NCBI RefSeq assembly: GCF_001194135.2
Contig: NC_068984.1
Coordinates: forward strand, 49,237,499 to 49,301,498
Origin: Octopus bimaculoides
Lineage: Eukaryota
Direction: 5' to 3'
DNA: 64,000 nucleotides
The position numbers and the translations under genes were made by a program. Of this stretch, positions 53,946 through 64,000 are shown one piece after another. The first letter of the stretch is position 1. Each line of letters starts with the position of its first letter. The notes beneath the pieces were generated by a model. The model had not been told where the DNA came from and did no database searches. It saw only the letters and a program-made list of their open reading frames with translations.

Positions 53946-56590
53946 CGACTGTCTGGTCCTAAGGTACCCAAAAAGTTAAATGTTACAAACTTTAAATTTT
54001 CAAGCAACTTCCAAAGATTCCACGATGCTATAGAAAATATCAATCTTGACCAAAAACAATCTATGGGAAGATTTCAAAACAAAAGTATTTCAGATTGCAA
54101 ATTCGTCAGTGGGATTTAAATCACATAAGTCCAATGACTGGTTCTCAGATAGATCAGGAGAAATTCATGATTTACTATTAGAAAAACAAAACTTATGCAA
54201 TACACTTCTTTCTCAGTCCTTGAACCCCAACTCAAACGAAACTTACAAAAAGCTGAAAAGGAAAGTGCAGACTGCTCTAAGGAAAATTAATCAGGAATAG
54301 TGGAATAATGAAGCAAAAGGGGCACAAAAAGCAGCTGATAGAAATGATGCCAAGGGTCTGTACTCTTATGTTAAGGAGGTATATGGCCCAATATCTTCTT
54401 CAGAAGCTCCAGTGAGAACAGCAAATGGACATTTGCTTCTGACTGACACCGCTTCTATTCATAAGCACTGGGTGGAACATTTTTCTGCACTTTTGAATAG
54501 ACTATCATCTGCTGACACGAGGACAATAGAAAAATTGAACACCTTTCTGTTATAGAAGATATGGCATTTGAACCAACTCTAGATTTTATTTATTTAGCTG
54601 TGAAGAAGCTGAATAACAATAAGTTTCCAGGGACTGATGGAATCTGTGCAGAAGTCTTGAAATATGGGGTGACAAAATGTTTGAACACTAAAATATACTA
54701 ATTTGTCACTGTTCGAGAAGTGAGAAAGTGCCTCAAGACTGGATTGATGCCATTTTAGTCTCCTTGTATAAATCGGGGCCAAAGGATCTGTAAGGTAATT
54801 TTCGTCGGACTTCGCTTTTGTCTGCGGTTGGAAAGGTACTTGCCCGCATTTTGTGAAAACGTTGAAATACCTTTATAGCTCCAAATATAGTGCCTGAGTC
54901 TTAGTGTGGTTTTCACTCCTCCAGGAGCACAGCTGATTTTATCTTTACTATCAGACAATTGCAAGAAAAGTGCATTGAACAGAATCTTGCTCTACACCAT
55001 TGCTTTGTTGATTTTAGCAAAGCATTCGATACTGTTAATCGAAATGACATGTGACTAATTCTAAGGAAAATAGGTTGCCCAGAAAAATTTGTCAACACGA
55101 TCAGGGCTTCGCATCAAGATATGAAAGCTAGAGTTAACTTTGGTGGTAGGCTCTCAGAATCATCATTTGCCGTGAAAAATGGAGAAAAACAAGGAGACCT
55201 TGATGCACCCGCCATCTTTGCAATATACTTTGCTGTCGTGTTCAAAACTCTGAGCAGGGTATTTACATAAACTATCGAACAACAGAGAATGTCTTTGATC
55301 TGACCGGACTGAAATTCAAAACGAAGGTTTTTGCTTCACTCATTAAGAAACTTTTGTACGCTGACGATTTCGATATTGTCAGTCATTCTGAAACAAGTCT
55401 GCAATCTCCTGTATCTGCATTTGACTCGACTTGTGATGATTTGGGCTTAACCATCAACTTGAAAAAAAAAGAAACAGTTGTAATGCATCAACCTGCGTGT
55501 GGTGCTGTTTGTAACCCACCTAAAATTTTTGTTAAGAGTAGGTTACTTGAGGTTGTCGATTCGTTCATTTACCTTGGAAGCTCTGCTCAAAATGATGGAA
55601 ATCTTGATACAGAAATACATCTGCGAATTCAAAGGGTAGCAAAAGCATTTGGTGGCTTGGAGTCACGCGTTTGGAGCCAGCGACATATAAATAAGAATAC
55701 AAAGCTGGTTCTTTACAAATCATTTGTCTTACCATCCCTATTGTATTTCTGTGAAACTTGGACTTGTTATGAAAGGCATTTTAAATTGTTAGAACAATTC
55801 CACAAAGAAAATTTCTTCATCGCATTTTAAAAATGAAATGGAGTTCTTTTACTCCAAACACAAATGTCCTTGCATCTGTAGGCATCACCTCAATTAAAGC
55901 TATGATTTTGAGGAACCAAATGAGATGGTGTAGACATATTGTTCGAATGGCAGATGAACGCATGCCGAAACAGATGTTTTATGGTGAGATTGCAAGGGGG
56001 GACGCTATCAGCGTAAACCTAAAAAAAAGGTTTAAGGATGGCATAAGGATTACTATGAAGTCGCTTGGAATTGATCAAAAAAACATAGAATCCCTTGCTT
56101 CGGATCGTGTAAAATGGCGAACAAAAGTGTGGAGTGGAGTGAAAGCAATTGAAGAGGCCAGGATAACGCATGTAAGACTCAAAAGAGATCTAAGGAAGAA
56201 TGTAACGATCGAGAAGGTGAATGACAATGACCTTTTTGTGTGAACGGTCTCTGACAGAACATGCCTGTCTTTTGCTGGGCTCAAATCTCATCTGTGAACC
56301 CATAGAATACGAGTCTCCACCAATTATCTTGCCTACATGTCTATGCACACCTTTGAATGCAGTGTATGCCAGAAGGCTTTCAAATCCAACGGAGGCCTCA
56401 AAAGACATTTTAAGATCTACAAAGAGCAGAACTTATCTACAGCTCTTTGGTGGGCCAAATCGGAGGTGCAATCTGTGTGGGTGTCTTTTCAGCACATTGT
56501 CTGGCTTAAAAAGCCACATCAGATGCCATGATGGTGCTAAGGTGTAGGTACAGGAGGTGGTCAAACTCTGCATAAGGAGTAGACAACCAC
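53946..56590 (+). mobile_element. Decayed RTE-clade LINE (end of APE, RT, three C-terminal C2H2 fingers)
   Basis: PGTDGICAE, FVDFSKAFDTV, LYADDFDIV, FIYLGS, LLYFCETWT, MRWCRHIVRMADERMPKQMFYGE, zinc-finger remnants to the stop at 56547; (CATA)n tail; multiple stops and frameshifts; 5' end lost in the N gap. Confidence 0.93.
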
Positions 56591-56682
<92 letters not shown>

Positions 56683-56683
56683 A

Positions 56684-57684
56684 AATAGTTAAACATGATG
56701 TCAAACATTAAGGCAAGGCAAATATCTCAAGTCATATACAATATGTCTTACCTCATATCTACCGTACCTCATCACACTATGAGATAAATATTATACTTTA
56801 ATTTATTCTTAATTTATTTTAAACTTTAACCCAATAAATCCCCTACTATAAATCCCTAACTCGAACTCTCACTCATAAATAACTTAACATTCAACTAGCT
56901 CTTCCTTTCTCGACTACCTACACACACACAACCCCCACTGCTAAAAATAACTCTACAGCTACTGAACTTAGCCAGGATTGACACAAGCAATTACTACCAA
57001 ATTTCCTCCCTAACAACTTTATACTTTGAGACTACCAGACATCTACCACTGTTTTTAAATTCATTTGATTTCGCTCTATTTTTTGCACCCTATCTTCCTC
57101 TACATCCTCATCTTCTCTCTTATCTTCTCGGCTATTCCGTACACAACACTTAGACACCGTAAACATATGCACCTTACTTTATCCTATAGCCAATCCTTAA
57201 AATCCCACCTACATCACTCTGTCTACCTCGCATTCTATTTATTTTATTCTATTTACTTTTACCACTTAATAGCCTCCTCCGCAACCATTCTATTATTGAA
57301 CGTTATATGTTCGCGTCTTTTTCTTGGAATGTCTACCATATCAGGACTTTAACCCACATGGATATACGCAGGATTGCACCTAAGGACTCATACTCAGGTT
57401 TCTATAACTTCAGAAAGTTGAACTATGAACTTTTATGCTTCTTTTTTCTTCTCTCTTTCCATCTCCTTATTCTTTTGCTCCCTTCTTCTATGTTGTCATC
57501 TTATTGATATTTGCCATTCTCATTTTCCATATTTTTTCCCCTATTTGTCTCTGATGACGGAATATCCCACACTCGAGGATATCTCTGAAACAACTGTAAG
57601 ATTTTGAATTTCTTCCAATAATAATATTGTATATGACATGAGATATTTGCCTTGCCTTAATGTTTGACATCCTGTTTAACAATT
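56684..57684 (+). mobile_element. ~1-kb Penelope-like derivative with 61-bp inverted termini
   Basis: 56684-56744 vs reverse complement of 57624-57684: 3 mismatches; internal YHIRTL(x)PHG-like GIY-YIG tail remnant near 57340; hammerhead at 57547-57602. Confidence 0.75.
57547..57602 (+). ncRNA. Minimal type I hammerhead ribozyme
   Basis: GUCU-CUGAUGA-CGGAAUAUCC(CACACUCGA)GGAUAUCUCU-GAAAC-AACU-GUA-AGAU. Confidence 0.6.
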
Positions 57685-57819
57685 ATATATCCGCTGCATC
57701 GGAAATCTGCAATGCCTCCATAACTACTTTCTCGCTATAACCTTGGATCCCTAGTAATCCGCTACAGCACTTACCTAGCGTACCTAATCGTTTAGGTCAC
57801 TTGTGAACTAAACTCCTAT

Positions 57820-57855
<36 letters not shown>

Positions 57856-57899
57856 ACACCCACCCGACCCCTACCAATCCCCACTCTGCCCCACCCTTC

Positions 57900-58459
57900 C
57901 TCTGCAGACATCATCCCTCACTCTACCCCGCCAGACACTGATAGATTATCTATAAGCACACAGAAGCCCCAAATTTCCCAACCCCCACCTTGTGAAAAAA
58001 AGTATTGTTTTTTACAATGAGTCACTCGATAAGATATGTGAGGAAATAAACAATCTGGACGATCTGATAAAAGTAAATATGGAAGAGTGTGAGAGAATGC
58101 CCCCGCAAGTGAAATGTTTTATCACACACAGTAAGAACGCACAAAGACTAAGTGATGAATATGGGAGGGGTATCTCGATCGTGGCAAGAGGATATTGATA
58201 CCAGGGGTGTGCCATCAACAGTATGTTAACCTGAACTTTTAAGAGACTTTAACATGGACATATTCTTTGAGTAATTGTCTTTAAAGGTTTCAATGAGCTC
58301 ACTTGGATTGTGGGTCCGAGTGACATTCACTTCATCCATTCGTTAATTAATTATTTTCATACCATCCTTCTCATTCGTTTTATTTTCCCCACTTCTGTTA
58401 TTTTGTCTCTCCTTGTACTGTCCCCTCTATGTTTAGCCCCTTGTGGGCAATAAAGAAAG
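57900..58459 (+). mobile_element. 5'-truncated ORF1-only-type element, copy 1
   Basis: KKSIVFYNESL...CERMPPQVKC...RLSDEYGR aligns without gaps to the 60020-60195 peptide; ends in TGTCCCCTCTATGTTTAGCCCCTTGTGGGCAATAAAGAAAG. Confidence 0.6.
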
Positions 58460-58884
58460 CACTATGAACGTTTGTTCAATGACATAGAATCGTTTATCAT
58501 TAAGTCGCATGTTTTGTTGATTGTTGCTACGTTTATTTGTTTCGTATTTTATAAACACTTTGTTTCGCTGCCTTCTGGCAGTTTTGTTGACGTTTTCCCT
58601 CTTGTTTGAATGGAGAAGCGCAGTATGAATTGTATAAAAATGGAATACGAAAATCTGAGTTCATCAGAATTTACAACGTCCGAAGAAGAATTGCTGAGAG
58701 CAATTACTGTGAAGCACAAGAAGACATAGAAAAGATAGATTTTACGACTGTGGCCAGAGGTCACAATAAAGAGATAAATGTGGAAAAGAAGAACTTGAGA
58801 GATACAAGGATATGTTATGTAGGGAGGAGCATGATATGAAGGTGACTCCTCCCCAAGAAATTACAAGAAAGATAAAAGTCGATA

Positions 58885-59034
58885 TACATTATTTACATTT
58901 TGACAGATATTTGTCCTTATCTTATCTGTTGTTAACACAACGTTTCGGCTGATATACCCTCCAGCCTTCATCAGGTGTCTTGGGGAAATTTCGAACCTGC
59001 GTTCTCATTTCTAAGGTATTTTTCAATATTGTTG

Positions 59035-59068
<34 letters not shown>

Positions 59069-59212
59069 CATTCAGGTCAATGCCTGGAATCGAACTCGGA
59101 ATCTTGGGGTTAGTAGCCCGCGCTGCTCTTAACCACTATGCCATATGCCCGTGGGCAAATGTAAATAATGTAAATAATGTAAATAATTCCTCATCTCTTA
59201 AATATAGAACTA
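58885..59212 (-). mobile_element. tRNA-headed, hammerhead-containing short retroposon with 11-bp TSD
   Basis: TSD AAAAGTCGATA at 58874-58884 and 59213-59223; A box TGGCATAGTGG (59143-59133), B box GAGTTCGATTCC (59097-59086), (AAT)n, hammerhead, inverted AAATGTAAATAATGTA ends. Confidence 0.85.
58934..58979 (-). ncRNA. Minimal type I hammerhead ribozyme
   Basis: GACAC-CUGAUGAA-GGCUG(GAGGGUAUAU)CAGCC-GAAAC-GUU-GUGUU: intact core, 5-bp helices I and II, palindromic AACGUU helix III. Confidence 0.75.
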
Positions 59213-60450
59213 AAAAGTCGATAGTATGCAAGACCTACAGTTTGAAAACGAGGAAGACTGACACGGCTACAACAAATCAAGCGGATAAGGCATTGAAACC
59301 TCTCTGGCATGGAATTACTTACCTTGCCAGAGGAAGGAAGTTTGGGACTGTGGAGATGCGGTTTAGGACCGAGGCAATTGCCAGGCAGCATTCGGAAACC
59401 TCCTTGAGGACCGACAAGTTAGTACTTCTACTTATTTACCTTGGAAGGCGTGCTTCCAGGGTAAGGATGGAAGATAACGCCACCCCTGGAGGTAGATGTG
59501 GCCTGGCTGGGGGCAGCTAGGCCTCGAAGAAAAAAGTGTGGTCTTCAAAGCCACAAGAATAACGCATAAAAATTGGCAAGGGAAGGGCCTGGAAATGGCT
59601 ATCCAGGCCGCCCCGTAGGACCTAGAAAAAATGGTAGTGGCCATAACGGTCAAGGAAGAAGTGATACTTAGGCTTAGAGTGGAGGGCAGGACCCCTCCCT
59701 GTTACAAGTGTGGCTAAAAAAGGTCACGTTAGAGCGGTGTGCTCTCCTCTGCCCGTAATAACACCAGTGTTACCTGAAAACGAAAAAGAAACTGCACCTT
59801 CACCTCCTGCGACAACCAGTGGGCTAGATCCCAGCATTGAGGAAGAAAAAGAAAAACAAAGCAGAAGAGAAATCCAAGGATGGATGGGAAACGTCAGGAA
59901 GGGAAAAGAAAGCGGAGAAGGTCACAAACTATTAACGATAACTCCCATCCCCGTCCGCAACACGAACAGCTATTCTACAGACACACAAGAGCCACAAATT
60001 CCCCTCCCCACCCCGAGAAAAGCGCCGTATTGTAATGTTTGATAACAGAAGTGAAAGTGTGAGAAGGGAAATTGAAAGTTTGAATTCCCCGGTAAGGGTG
60101 GAGCCTTCAAATTGTGAGGAGGTGCCCTCATGTATGAAATGTGCACTTATGCGAAGAGTGACACTTAATAGATTGAAGGAGAGCCTCGGAAGAGTCGTGT
60201 CTGATATGGGAGGAGAAATTGAAATTGAAGATCTATCTGATACGGTAAGTTTCAGAACTATTTACCAGGAAATTGGGACGCCCCTTGATGGTAAAATTTG
60301 TTCAGACTGTAGCCCGGATGGCGTGTCCATAGGGTCATCAAAAGTTTGCAGTGGTGGCACGCGGTTTGCGGGGTCGAAGGGGAACCGGTCCACCACTTCA
60401 TTGTTTTGTAATTGGTTTGTCTGTCATTCACTACTAGTCATATTTATGCA

Positions 60451-60483
<33 letters not shown>

Positions 60484-61244
60484 CACATTATATATAATCG
60501 TTACATATTCGATTTATCGACCCCCTCCCTCGTTTGTATTGTCCCTTCTATGTTTAACCCCCTGTGGGCAATGAAGAAATCACTATGAAAGTTTGTTCAA
60601 TGTCTTGGAATCCCAGGATTAATGAAATTTTTAAACTTGTATATAATTACAACAGCTTAAACATATTCTTACAATATCTTGAATAATTTTATGATTTTAC
60701 TTAAAATTCTGAATCCGTGAGTATTCTGTGATGAAGGAAAATGTGGATTATTGAAGTTGAAAAAGATTTACCTACACATTTCTTCGAAAGTTGCCGGAAA
60801 CAACCGTAAGATTCTTTCGTATTTAGTGGATTCGTTTGAGGACCTCCCTTTTGGACTATTGTGAACTGTCATCTCATTAGCTTGAGACTTTTTGATTTGT
60901 TTGTATGTATTAATGCAATTCTTCATCCAACTTTCATTTGGGCNNNNNNNNNNATATATATATATATATATATATACTCTCTGTATTTAGATATATGTTG
61001 GTTTTGATGAGGAGTATTTTTGTTAGAGTTGTTTCTGATTTTTCATTACTTATATATGTATGTGTGTGTGTATGTATGTATTTATGTATATATACATACT
61101 TACATAGATATACATACATGCATACATACACACACATATATAAATACAAACATGTGCTTCTTTTTATTATCATTATTATTACTATAATCATCATCATCAT
61201 CATTATTATTATTTTTATTATTAATAATCCTTTCTACTAAAAGT

Positions 61245-61441
61245 ACAAGGCCTGACATTTGGTGCGGTGTGGGACTAGTCGGTTACATCCACCCCAATGT
61301 TTCACTAGTACTTAATCTAACTACCCAGAAAGGATGAAAGACAAAGTCAACCTCGGCGGAATTTGAACTCAGAACGTAAAGACGAACGAAATACCGTTAA
61401 GCGTTTCTTTCGGAATGCTAAAGATTCTGAAAGCTCGCCGC
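61245..61441 (-). mobile_element. SINE family A variant
   Basis: AAGGATGAAAGACAAAGTCAACCTCGGCGGAATTTGAACTCAG; related copy at 63432-63610. Confidence 0.8.
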
Positions 61442-61442
61442 T

Positions 61443-61500
<58 letters not shown>

Positions 61501-61502
<2 letters not shown>

Positions 61503-63375
61503 GTAACTTAGCCATGTCATGGATCGACTATTGTAAGGCGTACGATATGATCCCACATTCTTGGATTATGGAGTGTATGAACCTATTTGGTATTGCATCG
61601 AATGTTGAGCGAGTGCTGGGAAAAAGTATGGCGAATTGGAGGACGGACCTGACAGCATACGGAAGAAGTTTGGAGACAGTAGAAATTAGGAGGGGAATTT
61701 TCCAAGGGGACTACCTGTCCCCACTGATCTTTGTACTGTGCTTGATACCACTAACACTGATTCTCAGGAAAGCAAAAGCTGGGTATGTATTCAAAAACCA
61801 CCAACAAAAAGTCAGTCATTTGTTATTCATGGATAAACTCAAGCTTCATGGTAAAGATGAAGCCCAAGTTAGTTCCTTCGTTGATACGGTGTATACCTTC
61901 AGTACTGATATCGGAATGGAGTTCAGACTGAGAAAGTGTGGTGTGTTAGTCTTGAAGAGAGGCAAAATCAAATGTATGGACGGGCTAACGATACCGTTGG
62001 GAGAGGTTATGAAGCATATAGAAGATACGGGCTATAAGTTCTTGGGGATTTGGGAAATGGATAAATTGATGGAGAAAGAAATGACAGAAAAATTTAAGGT
62101 GGAGTACTTGTGCAGACTGAGACTGATTCTTAAGTCGAAATTAAATGGACGAATAAGATCGATGTTATCAACACCTGGACGATTTCACTCCTTAGATATC
62201 GAGCAGGGGTAATCGCATGGACAGTAGACGAACTAAACAGCTTAGACAGAAAGACAAGGAAGTTGCTAACTAGATATGGGTCACTTCACCCAAAAAGGGA
62301 CACAGACCGACTGCATGTACCAAGAAAAAGAGGGGGAAGAGGACTTATTGGATGCAAACTCAGCATTAGAGCAGAAGGAAACAACATAGCATGACATGTA
62401 AAAAGTGCTACAGAACCGCTGTTGTTAGACGTAAGAAGTTCAGACAAGTGTAGGATGAAAGATTGCAAAGATAAAGCACGGTACAAGCAATTGAAAACTA
62501 ATGAAACTAAAAATAGGTAGGTAAAGAAAAGAATGCATGGTTAATTTCATAGGGATGTTGAAGGTAAGACAGACAGAGAAAAAATATGTGTGGATGACTA
62601 AAAGATGTGGATAACTAAAAGTGATTTAAAACCGGAAACGGAGGCTCTCGTCTGTGCTGCCCAAGAGCAAGCACTAAGAACAAACTACATAAAATACAGA
62701 ATAGACAACACAGCAGAAAGTGATAAATGCAGAATTTGTGAATAAAATAGTGAAACCGTATGGCATATTACCAGCCAATGTACGCCACTAGCCCAGAAGG
62801 AATATAAGAGACACCACGACAATGTAGCCAGGCTTGTCTATTGAACACTTTGCAACAAGTATGGACTTGACAGAGCAAAACATTGGTACGACCACAAACC
62901 TGAAGGCATCGTCGTAAATAGAAATGCGACGATCCTATAGGATTTTATGATTCAGTGCGACCATGAGCTAGAGAATAGGAAGTCGGGCATAGTCTTAATT
63001 GAGAATGAAAACAAACTATGCTGGACCATAGATATAGCATGCCTAGCAAACAAAAAGGTATGCGGTAAGGAAGAAAGAAAAGTCGAGAGATATGACAGGT
63101 TACCTTGGGAAGTTAAGCAGTTGTGGTCGATGAAAAAAGTAGCAGTAGTACCAATAATTGTCGGAGCCCTGGAAACAGTGAACAAACATCTCAAGAAGTA
63201 TGTGGAAGAAATAGGAGCTGCATTAAGGGTGGAGCACCTGCAGAAAACAGCACTGCTTGGAACCGCTCGAATATTCCGGAAGGTGCTCGAAAAATAAGAG
63301 GTTTTACCTTAGTTCACTGGTAGTGAACAGCTAACACTGTAGTATATCTCCAGCGTTAGAAGTTGTGCAAAGGCA
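61501..63375 (+). mobile_element. 5'-truncated R4/Dong-clade non-LTR retrotransposon (RT, CCHC, RLE, 3' UTR)
   Basis: WIDYCKAYDMIPHSW, RGIFQGDYLSPLIF, HLLFMDKLKL, CRICE...ETVWHITSQC, IVLIENENKLCWTIDIAC, KTALLGTARIFRKVLEK; (AAT)n at both ends. Confidence 0.95.
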
Positions 63376-63393
63376 ATAATAACGATAATAACG

Positions 63394-63431
<38 letters not shown>

Positions 63432-63433
<2 letters not shown>

Positions 63434-63610
63434 GGCCTGACATTTGTGGGAAGGGAATTTGTTGTTACATCCACACCAGTGAAACACTGGTACTTAATTT
63501 ATTGACCACGAAAGGATGAAAAGTAAAGTCATGGCGGAATTTAAACTCAGAACGTAAAGACGGACGAAATACCGCCAAGCATTTTGCCTAGGGTGCTAAC
63601 TATTCTGCCT
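63432..63610 (-). mobile_element. SINE family A variant
   Basis: Same AAGGCCTGACATTTG end and central domain as 61245-61441. Confidence 0.75.
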
Positions 63611-63954
63611 TTGACAGTGAATTCGAAGTTTTGGCCAGTTATATATAAAGAAAGAGAGTTATTAATAAGGGATAATCAAACCCGGCAAAAATACAATTTA
63701 AACTCTCTGCTAATACAAATATACGAGGCTAATTAAAGGTTTTCTGATTGGTATACAACTCCAAACAATGTTAAGCCTTCACCAGCCAACTTTATATGTC
63801 CATTGTTGCATTACCAAGTTAATATAGTATTTCATTGAGTGATATGCAAGGAAAGGCATAAATAGTGGGTTATACGCGCAACACACACACAGACACACAC
63901 ACACGTACGCACTCATGCACGCACACACATATACATACATACATACATAAATAC

Positions 63955-64000
<46 letters not shown>

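Larger units (their letters stand above)
58482..60580 (+). mobile_element. Tx1/L1-like ORF1-only (HAL1-like) non-autonomous retroelement, copy 2
   Basis: Disrupted ORF with RRM-like YLARGRKFGTVEMRF, LRVEGRTPP-CYKCGxKGHVRAVC (CX2CX4HX4C, 59700-59742), Pro/Glu/Lys-rich linker and C-terminal domain; no APE or RT before the tail; flanked by a 22-bp direct repeat. Confidence 0.7.

Noticed and set aside
60035-60574. 179-aa ORF as a host exon
   Set aside because: Continues the retroelement ORF1, runs through a (TA)n tract into the shared retro tail, and has a diverged paralog at 57992.
1-64000. CRISPR arrays, rRNA or prokaryotic operons
   Set aside because: No regularly spaced repeat-spacer pattern, no rRNA motifs, and the composition is that of an animal repeat landscape.

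Overview
AT-rich, repeat-dense eukaryotic DNA from a gapped assembly in which N runs sit at microsatellites. The tRNA-derived SINE families point to an octopus or other coleoid genome (inference from recalled repeat families, not a database hit). I cannot support any host protein-coding gene, rRNA, functional tRNA or CRISPR array. The long ORFs in the track come from low-complexity DNA, N runs or transposon remnants. Decayed mobile elements present: RTE, R4/Dong and Penelope-like (PLE) retroelements; Tc1, mariner, maT, pogo/Tigger, Chapaev3-like and Helitron DNA transposons; three SINE families; two long foldbacks. Highlights: (1) four different minimal type I hammerhead ribozymes with palindromic stem III, one inside a 328-bp TSD-bounded element joining a tRNA-type Pol III head to a PLE-type terminal repeat; (2) two distantly related, tandem, apparently ORF1-only Tx1/L1-like elements that share an unrecognised C-terminal domain, are each followed by the same 22-mer, and share their 3' tail with the commonest SINE; (3) an RTE LINE ending in three C2H2 fingers. 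Boundaries of decayed elements are approximate (tens of bp) unless TIR or TSD coordinates are given.
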